From assembly GCA_030264375.1 (NCBI GenBank), contig JASCQW010000001.1, forward strand, positions 126,328,909 to 126,388,662: a stretch of DNA of 59,754 bases. Direction: 5' to 3'. Both the position numbers and the translations under genes were made by a program. The DNA is from Carcharhinus longimanus (taxonomy: Eukaryota). Position 1 is the first letter of the stretch. Each line of letters starts with the position of its first letter. Shown in pieces: positions 12,136-25,964 of this stretch. Under the pieces are notes generated by a model, which was not told where the DNA came from, searched no databases, and saw only the letters and a list, made by a program, of their open reading frames with translations.

Positions 12136-14361
12136 AGGATGAAAAACAACAGACTTCTGAAAATCTAATACTGCTCTCACTATTATGACTTGAAAATCAA
12201 AATACTCCCATCTGAGAAAGTGTCAGAGATTTTGAACCTTTTCAAGGGGCTAATCTCTTAAAAAAGCAAATTTACGTTCATGCATCCAATCTTTCAATAG
12301 CGTCTTTAATCTGTAAATAAAACTGAACTCAGAACCGTCTGCTGAGATAATTATAGTTTTGAAATTAGGCCAAGCATTCATAATGAGTAGCCTATATAGA
12401 AGTGTCAACAAAGAATTACATTGCAATTCTTGAGCAGATGCTGCATCAACTGACCCTATCAGTCAAAGTACCAGCAGAGGCTTTTTTTAACAATCACAAG
12501 TAGTTATAGCTAGTTGATTTTACAAATTCAAGAGGGAGGATGGAATTTACGAAAATTCCAGATCATGACAGTTAGGCAAACCTTATCCACCCTTCAAGAG
12601 CATTCACATCTACTCCATAAATTCATGACTGCCATGCTGTGGGTTAAGGCCCTTGCAACAGCCAAGATGTGGCCTATATGTAGTCAGCACTAAGTTCAAA
12701 TGGCCCTGCTGAATTTAGGTTTCCCTCCTGTCTGATTTANNNNNNNNNNNNNNNNNNNNNNNNNNNNNNNNNNNNNNNNNNNNNNNNNNNNNNNNNNNNN
12801 NNNNNNNNNNNNNNNNNNNNNNNNNNNNNNNNNNNNNNNNNNNNNNNNNNNNNNNNNNNNNNNNNNNNNNNNNNNNNNNNNNNNNNNNNNNNNNNNNNNN
12901 NNNNNNNNNNNNNNNNNNNNNNNNNNNNNNNNNNNNNNNNNNNNNNNNNNNNNNNNTTAATTAAAGACAACAAACCTCGGCTTGGAGTTTCCTGAGCTGT
13001 CACTCTCAGCTTAGAAACTGAGCTGGTTGTTTGCCCCAGCATGTGTTTGTACCCAGAGCTTGCAGTCTATTTCTCACAAATGATTGAAAACATATGCAGT
13101 CACACATTTGTGCATGATCTTCACCATTTTCCTGAGGGTTATGTTAATTTCCCATCAGAGCTGTGACACAAGATGGGGAGATTCCCTATGGAATTTCAAG
13201 GTAGAAGGCTTTTAAAGTGAAGCGACTTGAAGAGTGGAGTTGATTAACTACTTGCGTCATAGCACAAGAGTTTCTCTGTTATTTTTGGGCCAAAATTTGC
13301 ATTATAAATTATGGTCACACCTGTTTGATGATTTGGCACTTAGTGCAACTTTTAACGAAGTTTTCTGGCACAGTTCACAATTCTTGCTATAATTCTCACT
13401 ACAACATGATTCTTGGCTGCTTCCTGCAAAGAGTGTTGTAGCAATGGCCTACTGCAATCCATCCACAACCATCTGTTGTATGTAACACTGATATTGTACT
13501 TAACAAGATATCAAAAGTTTTGGAATTAATATTGGTGAATAGTGCAATATGCTGGTGTTCCAACATGTTGCACTGTAGAGTGGCTCAACAAACCTTCCTA
13601 GCCATATCCTACCCAAGCTGAGTTACTAATTAAAGCTGTGTTTCTTTTGGAAGGTGTTAAGCAATGGTCTGATATTTCCCTGCAGGCATAGTGGAAAAAT
13701 CTATTTTTTGAGCAGGGGAGAGAAAGTAACTTATTGTGCTGTTTCTCTGGAGGATCCAGAGGAGAACCTCCTTTGAATTTCAAAGCAATAGAGGTTTACA
13801 GGGAGGCTATTCTGCTCGTTGTCTCTGGCCGATATTCGCCGTGCATCCAAACTCTCCTTAGTAATGTGTCATTCTTTGCTTTAAATATTTGCCTTAATTT
13901 CCCTTAAAAGAAAGGTGCAATGGTGTCTATTTAAACCATTCTCCTGAGCAAAACGTTTCATGTTCCAGCAATCTTCTGCATTTTCCTANNNNCCCTTACA
14001 ATATGGTATTAAGTGAGAAGGCCAACTTAAATTCATAAAGCAAACACATGACATTCCACGTAGACAGCAGAAATTTCATTCTTGTTTATTTGCTGAACGT
14101 TGAAAAGGATGTGGCCAAATATTGGACTAATATGTTAACCGGTTTCTCTAGCACAATTGGCAGAACTTAAGCAAAAATAAATATTTGACTCAAGATCAGA
14201 CTGAACATAAAAGCAAGTAAAGCCCTTAGTTCTTAGAATAATCTGTATCATGGGACATTTGTAATTACTTATATTTATTTGAAAAAGTGGCAGTACTCTG
14301 TTAAGCACTTTTCTTGCAATTGGAAATCTCTGCACATGTAATGTTTCATTAATTTCAAAAG

Positions 14362-14440
14362 CTTAAAGTGGTGAACCAGTGCATGGTGGCAATGCAAGGG
14401 CACTTTGCAGAAAGCAGAAGTTATTCCTCGAGTTTTAGAG
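14362..14440 (+). CDS. Possible upstream/first coding exon of the host gene (LKVVNQCMVAMQGHFAESRSYSSSFR)
   Basis: Consensus donor AG|GTGAGT at 14440/14441 is phase 1, compatible with the phase-1 acceptor at 24940. In-frame ATG at 14383. Acceptor is weak. Confidence 0.3.
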
Positions 14441-14959
14441 GTGAGTTCCATCAAAACATACTGCACATCATTACTGCCACTGAATTTAGAGATCAAATTC
14501 CGCTGATTTTTAACAGGTCCAGCAGAGACGGAGGAAGAAAACGTTTTCACAAACAAGTAATTAAGGCAATTTATTACAATATTTGGTTGGTAGATTTTAA
14601 TTGCCAGCATGCTTTCAGTGGGAACTCACACTGGCAAGTTAAGTTGCTGTTCGTCTATGAGAGAATGTAACTTGGTCTGTTGTAATGACGGGGCAGCATT
14701 TAAACCCCACTGATTGGCTTCACACCCGGGCCACGTAAAGAGCTTGAGGTGTTGACAAGTTACATGACGCCAAGGCCTCCTGCTGAAATAAGACAAGTGG
14801 TATGATTAGGTTCTGGAAATGCCTCATGCTTGGGAATGGTGGGATGGTAAGGAATGTCATGAGTTGTGGCAGAGGTGACTCTTTACTTGGGTCTCGATAT
14901 TCACTCTGACTTGGTACTATAATGGACTATAAATAATAGGAGAATCTATAGAAATATTT

Positions 14960-16310
14960 GTTTTTTTCAATGGAATTCAGTGAAGTGTCTCATAAGAAAG
15001 AGCTTATTAAACAGTCACAGGGCTCATAAGATGAGGGAAGTATGGTTTCATGGATTGAGGATTGGCTAATGAACAGAAAGCAGTGGATAAGAATAACCTA
15101 ATTTTTGGCGTGGCCAGCTGTAACTAGCTGGGTGCAACAATGCTTGTGCCTCAGCTAGTTTCAATTGATGCCAATGAATTAGATTGGAGAAGATGGTATA
15201 ATTTATCTGAATTTGATTTTACAAATCTAGATGGGAAAATAAGCTGAGGTGGTTGAATAAAGGCTGCAAAATGATGTCAGCAGATTAAGTGATTGGGCAC
15301 AGGTGGAATATAATTTGAAGAAGTGTTAAATTATCCATTTTCCTAGAAAGAATAGAAAGGCAGAGTATTTTTCAAAAGGTGAAAGATCAGAAATGTTTCC
15401 TGAGTGTCCTTGTACATGCAAGTACAGCTAGGAATTAGAAGAGCAAATAATATGTTAGCCTTTATTGGAAAGGGATTGGCATATAAGAAGAAAGGAATCT
15501 TATTGCAATAATACAGAAGTTTGGTGAGGTCACACTTGGAGAATGGAGTATAGTCTTGCTTGTCTTACATAAGGAAGGATATATTTACTTGAGAGGGAGC
15601 GCAAAGTAAGTTTACTAGACTGAATCTTAAGAAGAGGTGATTGTGCAGTGAATGGATTAGGCCCTGTATGCTTCGAAATTTCGAAGAATATGAGATAAGC
15701 TCATTGAAACATATAAATTTTTTAAGAGGTTAGATGTTGGGAGAGTATTACCCTGACCAGAAGGTGTAGAGATTTCCGGATAGGGGTGGCACAGTGGTTA
15801 GCACTGCTGCCTCACAGCTCCAGGGACCTGGGTTGAATTCCCAGCTTCAGTCACTGTCTTTATGGAGTTTGCACATTCTCCCCATGTCTGTGTGGGTTTC
15901 CTCTGGGTGCTCTGGTTTCTTCCAACAGTCTGAAAGATACACTGGTTATTGACCATGCTAAATTCTCCCTCACTGTACCCAAATAGGTGCCAGAGTATGG
16001 CAACTAGGGATTTTCACGGTAACTTCATTGCAGTGTTGATGTAAGCCTACTTGTGACTAATAAATGAACTTTAACTTTATAAGGGGTGAACTATTTTGGA
16101 CTGAGATGAGGAAAAGTTTTTTTCCACCCAGAATGTTACGGATTATTAGAATTTCCTTTCAGTTGTTGAATATCCTCAGAGTGAGATTGACAGATTTTTG
16201 GTTACTAAGGGAATCAGGAAGTATGGGGAGAGGGTGGGAAAGTGGATCTGATGAGGAAGTGTAGCCATGATTTTATTGATGGTGGATCAGGCTCAAGGGG
16301 CTGTGTACTT
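14960..16310 (+). mobile_element. Old CR1 LINE RT-to-3' fragment, interrupted by a SINE
   Basis: Degenerate RT segments (tggattgaggattggctaatgaacagaaagcag; atccattttcctagaaag; ttggtgaggtcacacttgga) and a CR1 3' UTR. Confidence 0.75.
15782..16077 (+). mobile_element. HE1-like V-SINE, tail type A
   Basis: ggtggcacagtggttagcactgctgcctcacag head; tail aagcctacttgtgactaataaatgaacttt. Confidence 0.9.
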
Positions 16311-18539
16311 CGGTTTAAAGGATGGTAGAAGCGTGAAGCTCTCTTCCACCAAAATCAGTAATAATTTTTAACATCAGAGTTTGCTAACCAGTTGTTGTAA
16401 AGAATGTGTTGATGAAATTAGGATACAGATGATCTATGTCCTCATCAAATAGTGAGTGGTATAGGCTTGAGGAGCTAAATGATCTACTCCTGTTTTATAC
16501 TCCAGTGAGAGCCAAAACAGTTTGTTAGGATAGAGGCCAACAATTTCCATTGCATCGCTAGCTGATGACACCTTTTCAGCATTTTAGCCAGAAGCTGAAG
16601 AAAGGTTTAGCAAACTGACCATTAAAATTTTCCGTTGCCCTTTCCAGTATCAAGAAGCCCTCAAATGTAGCCTGGCAAGAGTTTGCATGGTTATAATTAT
16701 TTCCTGCATTCTTTATAGTTTGAACATTTTTGATTGAGCCTCCAAGTGATGAAAATGAGGAGGAAGGAGTAGTGAGACAGATTCCCTGCTCAAGACAAAC
16801 ATGGTCATGTAAGAGAGAAAGTGAGCCCAGACACTTGACTGACAGCATATGTGCAATCAGATTGAAGATAATCATCAACTTCTTCCAGCAAAGAGGGCAT
16901 CCTCCACCTGTATTACCCATTAAACCCAGAAATCCATATGTTTATTTCATCTTATCATTTTATAATGCTCTACTGGTGCTGCTACTTATCAATGTAAGTA
17001 CCCTTTCTGGCTTTTCACACTTCACCCTAACCTTTTCTACAAAGTTCTACTTCAGTGCTGGCATGTGGTACAGTTGTGACTGGGAATAACATTGCAGCTC
17101 TTGAAGATAATCTCAGTGAAACTAGTATCTTTGTGGGATATATCTACATATTCATTGCAAACCACTAGTTCTGAAAACAGTCTCATTTTGATGAATGTTC
17201 TGCATCAGAGCAGGCCATGGAATCCCAAAAAGTTTCTAAAAGATCAGAGCCAAGATGCTCATACGTCCATCTTTGGAAGAGGTCATTATTAGTATTTCAG
17301 CAGAGACCTCTATTCTTTAGTGCCCCTTCTTGGTATTTTAGATCTCTGTGTTGATTTCCTGGATTGCCACAGTCATTGGAGTCCCTAATTTTATGTTATA
17401 TTTGCTGCTTTGTAACATCAAAGTGTTACCAGCTGCATCACGTAAGAGTAGGTTGTCTCTATCGCCTGGGACAGTGCCAGACTGAGATGTTACCATTGGC
17501 AGGAGAGGCATTGGCCAATTAACAGCCACTTAAGGACCTCATCCACCTGCACCTAGTACATTACATTCAGTAAGCTGGTCATTTTAGCTCTGGTGGCTGT
17601 TGTGCAATGGAAGGAGATCTACTTTGGGGCCCCTGAACCAATTCAAGGCATCCCATCAGCCTTCAATTGGCCAACAGCACTCTAAGGGTCCCAAATTGTT
17701 GTGGAGCAGCCATCATAATCATGGGCGTGTACCCCCTGCGCAACCTTTCAGCCAGTGGAGGGGGAGCAAGTGGTGATAGGAGTGCTTTGTAAAATTCAAC
17801 CCACAATCTACATTGCTAATTCTTTATGGGCTGGGCCCCTAAAATCTTAGTACTTGAGCTCCTCAGTTGAAAATAGCAGCCACATCAACAATGTAGTGTG
17901 TTTCTGATCCCTTCCCTTTGACAAAGAGAGAAATATATGACAAAACAGAAATTTCAAACACAAATGTATTGGAAAAGTTTCAGCATGAGAATTACCTGAT
18001 GCATTTTTGTTTGAAATGAACAGGCATCAGTTCAACAATTACATTCAGTTTGATTGTAACCACCTCAACCCTCTCCCCAACCCCAATCCATGAAGTTTTA
18101 GGATAATATTGGTCATGCACTGCAGATCAGTCAAGCAAAAGTTAAGTAAGATTCAAGACCATCCAATAGCTGTCATTTATCTTAGCACCAGTCACTCGTG
18201 AAGACATTGGGTAATAAATTGATGGTAGTTGATACCCATCAGTTCCTTTCCTTAGAGTATCTGGAAACATTACTTCAATGGCTTAATTGAACAGCTACAT
18301 GACTAATGATATCTAGGATAGCATGTAGATTCAAGCATTTTGCAAGGTAATAACTCTGTTGACATTGACAAACTACATAAAATTTTGATTGTCTTTCATT
18401 CCACATCAATCCTAATCCAATACCTCCTAGACAACAACTGTTTGCAAAAAACTGGGATCTTGTCCTTCTAACTATTTGGGTAGTTTAAAGTGGACAGGAA
18501 AACCATATTTATAGCATTTAATCTAACATGCTTTTTTAA

Positions 18540-19070
18540 TTCATTCATGGGTAGTGTTAGCAAGCCTAGCATTTATTGTCTATCGCTAACAGCCCTCGAG
18601 AAGGTTGTGGTCAACTGCCTTTTTGAGCCATAGTGGTCACTGTCATTTTTTAAGATTAATTTATGGGCTATGGGCGTCACAGGCTAGACCAGCATTTATC
18701 GTCCATTCCTAGCATGATATGAGGAGGTTCTGAGGAACAAAGAAACCTTGGTGTGTTTGTCCACAGAACTCTGAAGGCAGAAGGGCATTTTGGAGAAGAG
18801 ATGAAAAAGGCATATGGAACACTTGCCTTTATCAGTTAAGGCATTGATTACAAAAGCAGGGAAGTCATGTTGGAGTTGTAGAGAACTTTGCTGAGGCCAT
18901 AGCTGGAGTGTAGTTCAGTTATATGTAGTTTTGGTCGCCACATTTCAGGAAGGATGTGATTGTATAAGAGTGGGGCAGAGGAGAGAATATTGGGGAAACA
19001 TTTAAGTTATGAAGAGAGGTTAGATAGACTTGGGTTATTTTCATTGGAGCAGAGAAAACTGAGGAGTGAC
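18540..19070. mobile_element. Two minus-strand 3' tails of the second LINE family followed by a + strand CR1 fragment
   Basis: agcatttattg...ccctcgagaagg tails (18540-18710). 18720-19070 resembles the CR1 RT C-terminus (LELYRTLLRP.LE). Confidence 0.65.
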
Positions 19071-21769
19071 TTGCAGGCTATCACTACCCTCCCTTAACCA
19101 ACTGCCAAGCTGTCTTTGACATTTGCTGCTTACTGACAGCATGTAAATGAGGTTGGAGCTTCATTATTGATAGATGGCAACTGAGTTCCACAAGCTAATC
19201 ATATACTGAGTATCTTAAGTTAAAATATCCCCGAATGAATGAATCAACAGTCAGTGTTCACTTTGATAGTCAATGAATGATTAAAAATACCTTTGTGCAC
19301 CTTATATATATTAAATGTACACCAGTATTTAAAATGATAAAGTATAAATAAGACCTAATAACTTTAAAGCTGTCATCAAATTTTTGGATTAGGATCTTTA
19401 TGGTGAAGCTTTTAAACATTTTAGTTTTATAAAAGGTGGAAGTGAGGAGATTCTGAGCCTGAGGAATGTGGAGTTTTTCATTATTGACTTTTGCAACTGA
19501 ACAAAGGCAATGTCCCAACAATATAGTGAATTTACTTCACAAAAAAAATCATGTGAAACCAATGCCAGATATATTAGAAGTTTCCTCAATGTATTAATCT
19601 TTGAGATTCAATGCTCTTGCACATATTCAGGGAATAAAATCCTGTCAGAGATGGCTCCCATTACTAAAAGTGGCCCAAACAACAGCAAAGCAATGCTACA
19701 AGAAGCAACTCCCTCCATAAGTTTGGTCATTAAAAGTATCGTTGATTCCTTAAAGGCATGCTTTCATTGCCTAGGCAGGTCAGGCATGTACAGTTGTAGC
19801 CTGGTGTGGTCTTTAGAATTGTGCTTTGAAAAAAATGTGGATTTTGGCATTGCCTGCTTGAAGGCTTGAATTCTATTGGAAGCAGAACTACAAAGATGAT
19901 ACATTCACAATGACCTGAATGCAACAGATTCCACATTTTCTGCTTAGTCACACACCAGAAAATATCTCATCACCGAAGTTGGTCTTGGCTGTGTAACACC
20001 ATTGACACCAGAGTCTTACCACCTTCTCTCCCATTTTTGAAGTAAGGGATATTTCCTTAAATCACTTCCCATCTTCAACACAACATCTCAATCATCCTTC
20101 CTACATGACCCTGCCAATAATCATCACTAGATTCAATAACTCATCAAATGAAGGTATCATTCTGTTTGTTTCTACGCTCCTTTGTTAATAGACTGAGATG
20201 CCAGTGAACAGGAAAGATAGTTCAGAAAAAAATAATGTGCTTCTCTTGGTTTCCTGCACATGCTTTGCATCTATTCCAGTGCTTCTGTTAAGCATCTATT
20301 GAGAGGCTACATCATGACAGATGATTGTCTGCATAAAGGAGAATCAAACTGAAAAAAAGTCTTTTTCTCATGATAGCTTGACTAAAACAACTTTCTTTTC
20401 TCATGATTCTCTTTTTTTTGTCCCACAAAATCTGAATTGAATGTAAAATAATAAGCTTTGCAGTCTATACATATATCTGAGCAGAAATGTTAACCCCTGT
20501 CAGTTGAAACATTTAGATATCTTTTAGGTCAATATTTTCATGCTACTCATAAACGTTAATAAAAGTGTATTTGCTACACCCATAAATTAACCAGAAATGG
20601 GGTTAAAGTTTGGAAAATCCACATCTTTGTTTAAACGTGTAGAGAGGGACTTTAAACAGTCAGTGCTGGGGCATTTCGAATTCACAAATTCATGAAGCTG
20701 CCACCAGTTGGATGAAAGAAGCAGCATTCTGTTCCTTAACATTAACGTGCCTGATAAATCAAAATAGAAAGGAAAAGTGCTTTGAAAGTTAGGATTCTAG
20801 TACTCACCTGAGTGCTGTCATCAATGATATATGTTGGTTGTGAGACCCATAACCTGAGACAACCTGGTGCATCAGTTCCAGGTTATAAAGAAACAATTGA
20901 AAATAATTTGCTGAATCTGAAATTACATGCTATTACATGAAATTACATTGTTTAGAATTTTCTGTGAGTGAAGGACTGACTCCTAATGCTCCTTCTGATT
21001 GAAGTGTGCATTTGTTATGTATCTTGAAGGACATCAAGGGCAACTGTTTGCTTATCAGGCATTAGGTGACCAAATTCATAGCAGAAAGCTCTGTTGCATC
21101 ACAAAAGTATATGCATTGCTTGCATGTGATGTCATAAGTTCACAAGAGTTACAAATGAGGAAGGTCAGTCAGCCCATATTATTCTTCCCAGAAAATCTTT
21201 TAAAGTTCTAAATATATCAACATCCAATTGATTTTAAAAGGATCTGGGCTTTTCATATCCACCAGTCTTCCATGAATTTCTGTGATTCCTTCTAAATTTA
21301 TCTTTCGCTAGTTTGCACCCATTCTCGCTATTTGTTAAAGTAATTTTCTGAATTTACCTTTTTCCATTCTATAGTTTGTGTAAGATCACCTTACAGTATT
21401 TCCTTTTGAGGCTTTAATCTAACTCTAAAAGGAAACTGAAACTATTGGATTGGCCATCCGCTTTACATCCCACCCAGTAAAATCAGGCAGAGTGTAAAAG
21501 GTGAAGTATGAAATGACTGAGTGATTCTGATTCCATTGGTTTTCCCTTTAAATCTAGTCACTATTTACCAAGGAGTAAAGTTTTCCTTTGGATTCATTTT
21601 GGGAATTGGGCACATAATATTCTCAAAAATGTGCTGGGTAAGTTAGAGTTAAGATTTCAACAAAAATTCATTGCTGAATCATAAATATGCAATCTTCCAT
21701 GAACCAGGAAGATTGAGGAAAATAATAGAATGTAATTTTTTTTTGTATTTTATTTTAAAAGGTGCAATG

Positions 21770-22680
21770 TTAACAGTGTCAATGTGAGATACCGTTTTAA
21801 ATAAAGTTGAGACTAGGTTTATCATCAAAAATATATTGAGTCCACTTATCCAAAACCTGATTTAAAATCAATGAAAATTACTTTAAAAAAAATGAAAGAT
21901 TTAGTAGTTCCATTGATATAGACTAGTCAGTTTCCGAAGAGTGCCATGATTGCTACACTTTATAAGATGTTTATGTTTCAAACTCTCTCTCTTAAATTGA
22001 ACAGAATATCCTGGAATGTGGGGTGGTGTGAAGTTGTAATGAATTCTCCCTGGTGACTGACCCATGCGATCTGGTTGCCATGGGGATGGACTCATGTCAA
22101 GCCATATTAAAATTAAGATGCCAGATGTAACATTTGGACACACAAGAGAAAGCAGCTGTTCATGCTACTTAAGATTTATAAAATCTGAGGCCAGCAGACT
22201 GAAGGTTGTTACGCCAAAGAGAAGGAAAGGAGTGTTTTTGAGTTAATCACCCTGCAAACTACTGGTGAGGACAGAACTCTTGCTTGAGGGAACAAGCTTA
22301 CTGTGGAGAATTGAAGGCCAAAGAATCACCAAAGGATCCCTTGTTGCTAGAAGTCCATTCACATATATTCTGAAGATTAAAGGATTTAAAAGGACTCTGG
22401 AAGATACATCCTCGTGTAGCAGGAAGAAGAGAGTCCACTACAACCAGGAGACATTTAGGATTCTTAATACAATTCTATGTTGCTAAGAATGTGCTGTAAT
22501 GTACAAACATAATGTGGGATTTTTGGCTGTATTAAAAAGTTTGGTGAATGCCTTGCCTGTAGTTTAGTGGATGAATTTCATCCTAAGTAATGTTGATTTT
22601 AGTTTGTTTACAGTAAAAATCATAAAACTCAAAATCTTGTGTGATTCCTTTATGCTGGTCACTATGAAATACCTAGTAGT
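21770..22680. mobile_element. Possible old solo LTR
   Basis: Compositionally distinct block resembling LTR U3/R/U5. No TSD or internal gene found. Confidence 0.2.
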
Positions 22681-23654
22681 GCCTCTGCATCGAAGGAAAT
22701 GAGTCATAAACAATTATTGGTGGGAATTTCTCAACTTCAGTCTGTGGGCACGGCTGTTTTGGTGGGTGGGGTCAGATTTGGATGAATTGAGCCTTAAGGA
22801 ACTGAGCAACGAAAAACAGAAAACATGAACATGTGTTTTTGGATGTAATTCACACATCATTACAATTTCCCAAATTTTTGTGCAGTTTCAGCTAATTCTT
22901 CCTGGGTTGTGCTGATGCTCAAATGTAATCATGAGGAAAGTCCATCACAAAAGTCCACATTCTCGTAACATGCTTGTTTTGATATGTATGTTGTAAATTG
23001 GCTTTCAAACTGTTTGAGCAATCACTGTTTGCTTTGTTTAGTTAAACATGAGGTAATGGCCCAGAATTTGCTGTAGCTGGTCAATGAACAGTGTCCACCA
23101 TTCATTAGAGTTACCCTTGTCCATTTAAATTCCAAGAGATTTGGCACTGGAAGTGTGAGGGGGGAAATGCTGCGGGGGGGAGGATCTCAAATGGACATCA
23201 TGATGGAAGTCGAAGATTGTGGAATGGTTAGCACAGATTCTGAACAGAAATGCAAGTTAGTAAATTAAATTTCAAATAAGATACTGATACCAATAAAAAG
23301 AGCGAAAGAAAATATAAAAGAAAAACACTAAAATGTAATTGAAAGAAAATTTCAAACAACTATTAAAGCAATGATGCTCCACAATTGTAATAGTTAAGTT
23401 TCAGTGCTATGAAAATTGTTTCGTAACAAATTACGCGTGTGTTATTAAAAAGGGTTACAGACTGAAATGGGAAAGCCAAGCTTATTTTGCATATATCTTG
23501 CAAGTGCATAAATTTCATGTGGTGTATTGTATGTAAACGATGAAGGTCACAATGAGATGATACTTTTGCAGAGCTAATGAGCAAGTCAGAGGCTGGGAAT
23601 TCTGTGGTGAATAACTCACTTCCTGACTCCCCGAAGCCTGTCCACCCATCACAG

Positions 23655-24145
23655 GTCACAAGTCAGGAATGTAATAGTACTCTCCACTATGTTGGATGAG
23701 TGCAGCTCAAACAGCACTCATGATGTTTGATGCTATTCCACAAAAAGCAGCCCAATTGATTGGCACCCCATCCACCATTTTAAACTTTCACCCCCACCTC
23801 CAATAATGTACAATGGCAGCAGTGAGTACCATCTACAGGATGCACTGCAGGAATTTAACAAGGCTTTTATGACAGCATCTACCAAATCTGTGATGTCTAC
23901 CACCAAAAAGGACTAGGGCAGACGATGTATGAGAATATCACCACCTGCAGGTTTCCTCCAAGGCATACATCACCTTGAATTGGAACTATATTGCTGTTCT
24001 TTCAGTGTCACTGGATTAAAATCCTGGACCTCCCTTCTGAACAGTATTATGCACGTACGTGTACCACATGGGTTGGCAACAGTACAAGAAGGTTGCTTGC
24101 CACCATTTTCTAAAGGGCAGGCCAATGACACTGACATCCTGTGAA
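23655..24145 (+). mobile_element. Second LINE family 3' fragment, inside a MITE-like element (~23058-24306)
   Basis: Reverse-complement homologue of 8910-9450. Outer ends tggcccagaatttgc / gggaaacctgggcca are imperfect inverted repeats. Confidence 0.7.
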
Positions 24146-24939
24146 CAAGTGAAAGCAAAGGTGAAATGGCATATTGCGGATAGCAACTCGCAGATTTTTG
24201 CATTTAATTACTCACCTATCCTTGCTTGAACTTTCTGTATACTTTGCACGTTAGTAACAATGAGTTCCTTAAGCCTCATTATAATTTTGGCAGGGAAACC
24301 TGGGCCAAATTAATTCATTATTTTGAACCTGATTGCCAGTATTGGACAAGTCCAATTAGTCATGAGAAAGGTACATAAGTGGTTGGATTTTTTTCGGTGT
24401 TATCAGTGGGTATATCATTTTCACAGGAAAAAGTAAAGGGGGTGAATCACTTGTGTTTTCTCCTAGGATGTTTTGGAGTATGTTCCAGCCTTCTTTACTG
24501 CATTCTTTTTCTTATATTCATTCTTCATCTAATTAGCCATTGAAGTTGTGTAGGTGAATAGTCTTCGTCCAGGCTGTTGGGAAGGCCAGTGATAACCCTT
24601 TTTCACTGCCTGCCTCCACTTGATGCAACACAATGAAGCTCATGTTAGGAGATGAGAGGTATGACTCCTGACCCTGTGTATCTTTCCATGCCACTGAGTG
24701 TTATATCCTAACATTCATCAATGGCCTGGTGTGTGGTAACACAGCAAAACTGTATCACATAATTGCAGGTGTAATGTCCACTATGTTCCTTCAACTGAAA
24801 TCAGTTTGTTTTTGTGTGTAACCAGAACAGGTGTACAATGATGTCGATTTCAATATTAAAAGTGTAAACAGCACAAAGGCTGCTGCTGACATGCACCTTT
24901 TAGTAACACAAATTAATGAACATTATCTGTTTTCACTAG

Positions 24940-25145
24940 GAGGAAAGGTTTATCACGATTGGAGAGGACGTATATCACAAGATTCCCATGGAACTTATTC
25001 TGTTGTAGTGATGGAACCAGCTCCCCAAACAGCGTGGCCTAAAACTAAGGTTTCAAAAGCTAGAAAACAGATGTCAAAACCACAGAGCAATGTGAAAAAA
25101 GCTCTCGACTCCATCGTACACCAAAAGGACAACGTAGACCAGAGG
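24940..25145 (+). CDS. Internal coding exon of an unidentified gene (phase 1 to 0): GKVYHDWRGRISQDSHGTYSVVVMEPAPQ...DNVDQR
   Basis: Acceptor ctgtttttcactag|g, donor agg|gtatga, open frame (ORF 24831..25151), non-repetitive, phase matches the next exon. Confidence 0.8.
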
Positions 25146-25424
25146 GTATGAGAGAATTGCTTGTAGATGAGTCATACTGTTGTTAAGGTTGGGTATGGTT
25201 ATCTCAAGACTATTTTATTTTAGAAATTATAATAGCATGAGAGAATCACTTAATTTTTTAAACCAAGTTTTTTAGGCAGAAATTACATTTATAGGTGAAA
25301 GTTTGTGATATTTTCTTTTTGAAGAGACAGAAACATATTTGTTTTAATATCACTATGATTATCAAGTAATTCCTATCCTCTAAAAGCTTAAATCATTAGT
25401 AACCACAAGTTATGTAGAATAGCC

Positions 25425-25636
25425 ATAGAATCATAGAATTATAGACGTTTATGGCACAGAAGGAGGCCATTTGCTTCATCATGTCTATACTGACCCTAAA
25501 ATATCCAGCTCTTGGCCTGTAGCTTCATAAATTATGCAGTTTAAGTGCATCTCCAAAATTTAATTTAAAGAAAATGGTGGGTTCTGCTTCAATTATTCTT
25601 GCAGACAATGAGTTCCAGATCACAACCACCCCCTGA
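25425..25636 (-). mobile_element. CR1/HER1-like LINE 3' tail
   Basis: (catagaat)n then ggcacagaaggaggccatt...gagttccagatcacaaccaccc. Confidence 0.65.
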
Positions 25637-25637
25637 A

Positions 25638-25943
25638 TAGGGCGGCACAATGGTTAGCACTGCTGTCTCACAGTGTCATGGGCCTGGGTATGATTCCTGG
25701 CTTAGGTCACTGTGCGGAGTTTGCACGTTCTCCCTGTGTCTGCATGGGTTTCCTCGGGGTGCTCTGGTTTCCTCCCACAGTTTGAAAGGCATGCTGGTTA
25801 GGTGCATTGGCCATGCTAAATTCTCCCTCGGTGTACCCAAACAGCACCTGAGTGTGGCGACTAGGGGATTTTTACAGTAACTTCATTGCAGTTTTAATGC
25901 AAGCCTACTTGTGACTAATAAATAATCTTTAACTTTTAACTTT
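25638..25943 (+). mobile_element. HE1-like V-SINE, tail type A
   Basis: gggcggcacaatggttagcactgctg head, V-domain, tail cctacttgtgactaataaataa...(ttaactt)n. Confidence 0.9.
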
Positions 25944-25964
25944 AGATGTAAAATTTTACATCTT

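Noticed and set aside
14517-14556. Small exon candidate PAETEEENVFTN after a 76-nt intron
   Set aside because: Weak donor and no downstream phase-2 partner without invoking a frameshift.
19631-19778. Exon-like stretch GNKILSEMAPITKSGPNNSKAMLQ...
   Set aside because: Phase-1 acceptor is plausible but I found no convincing canonical phase-compatible donor. Left unannotated; RNA-seq could rescue it.
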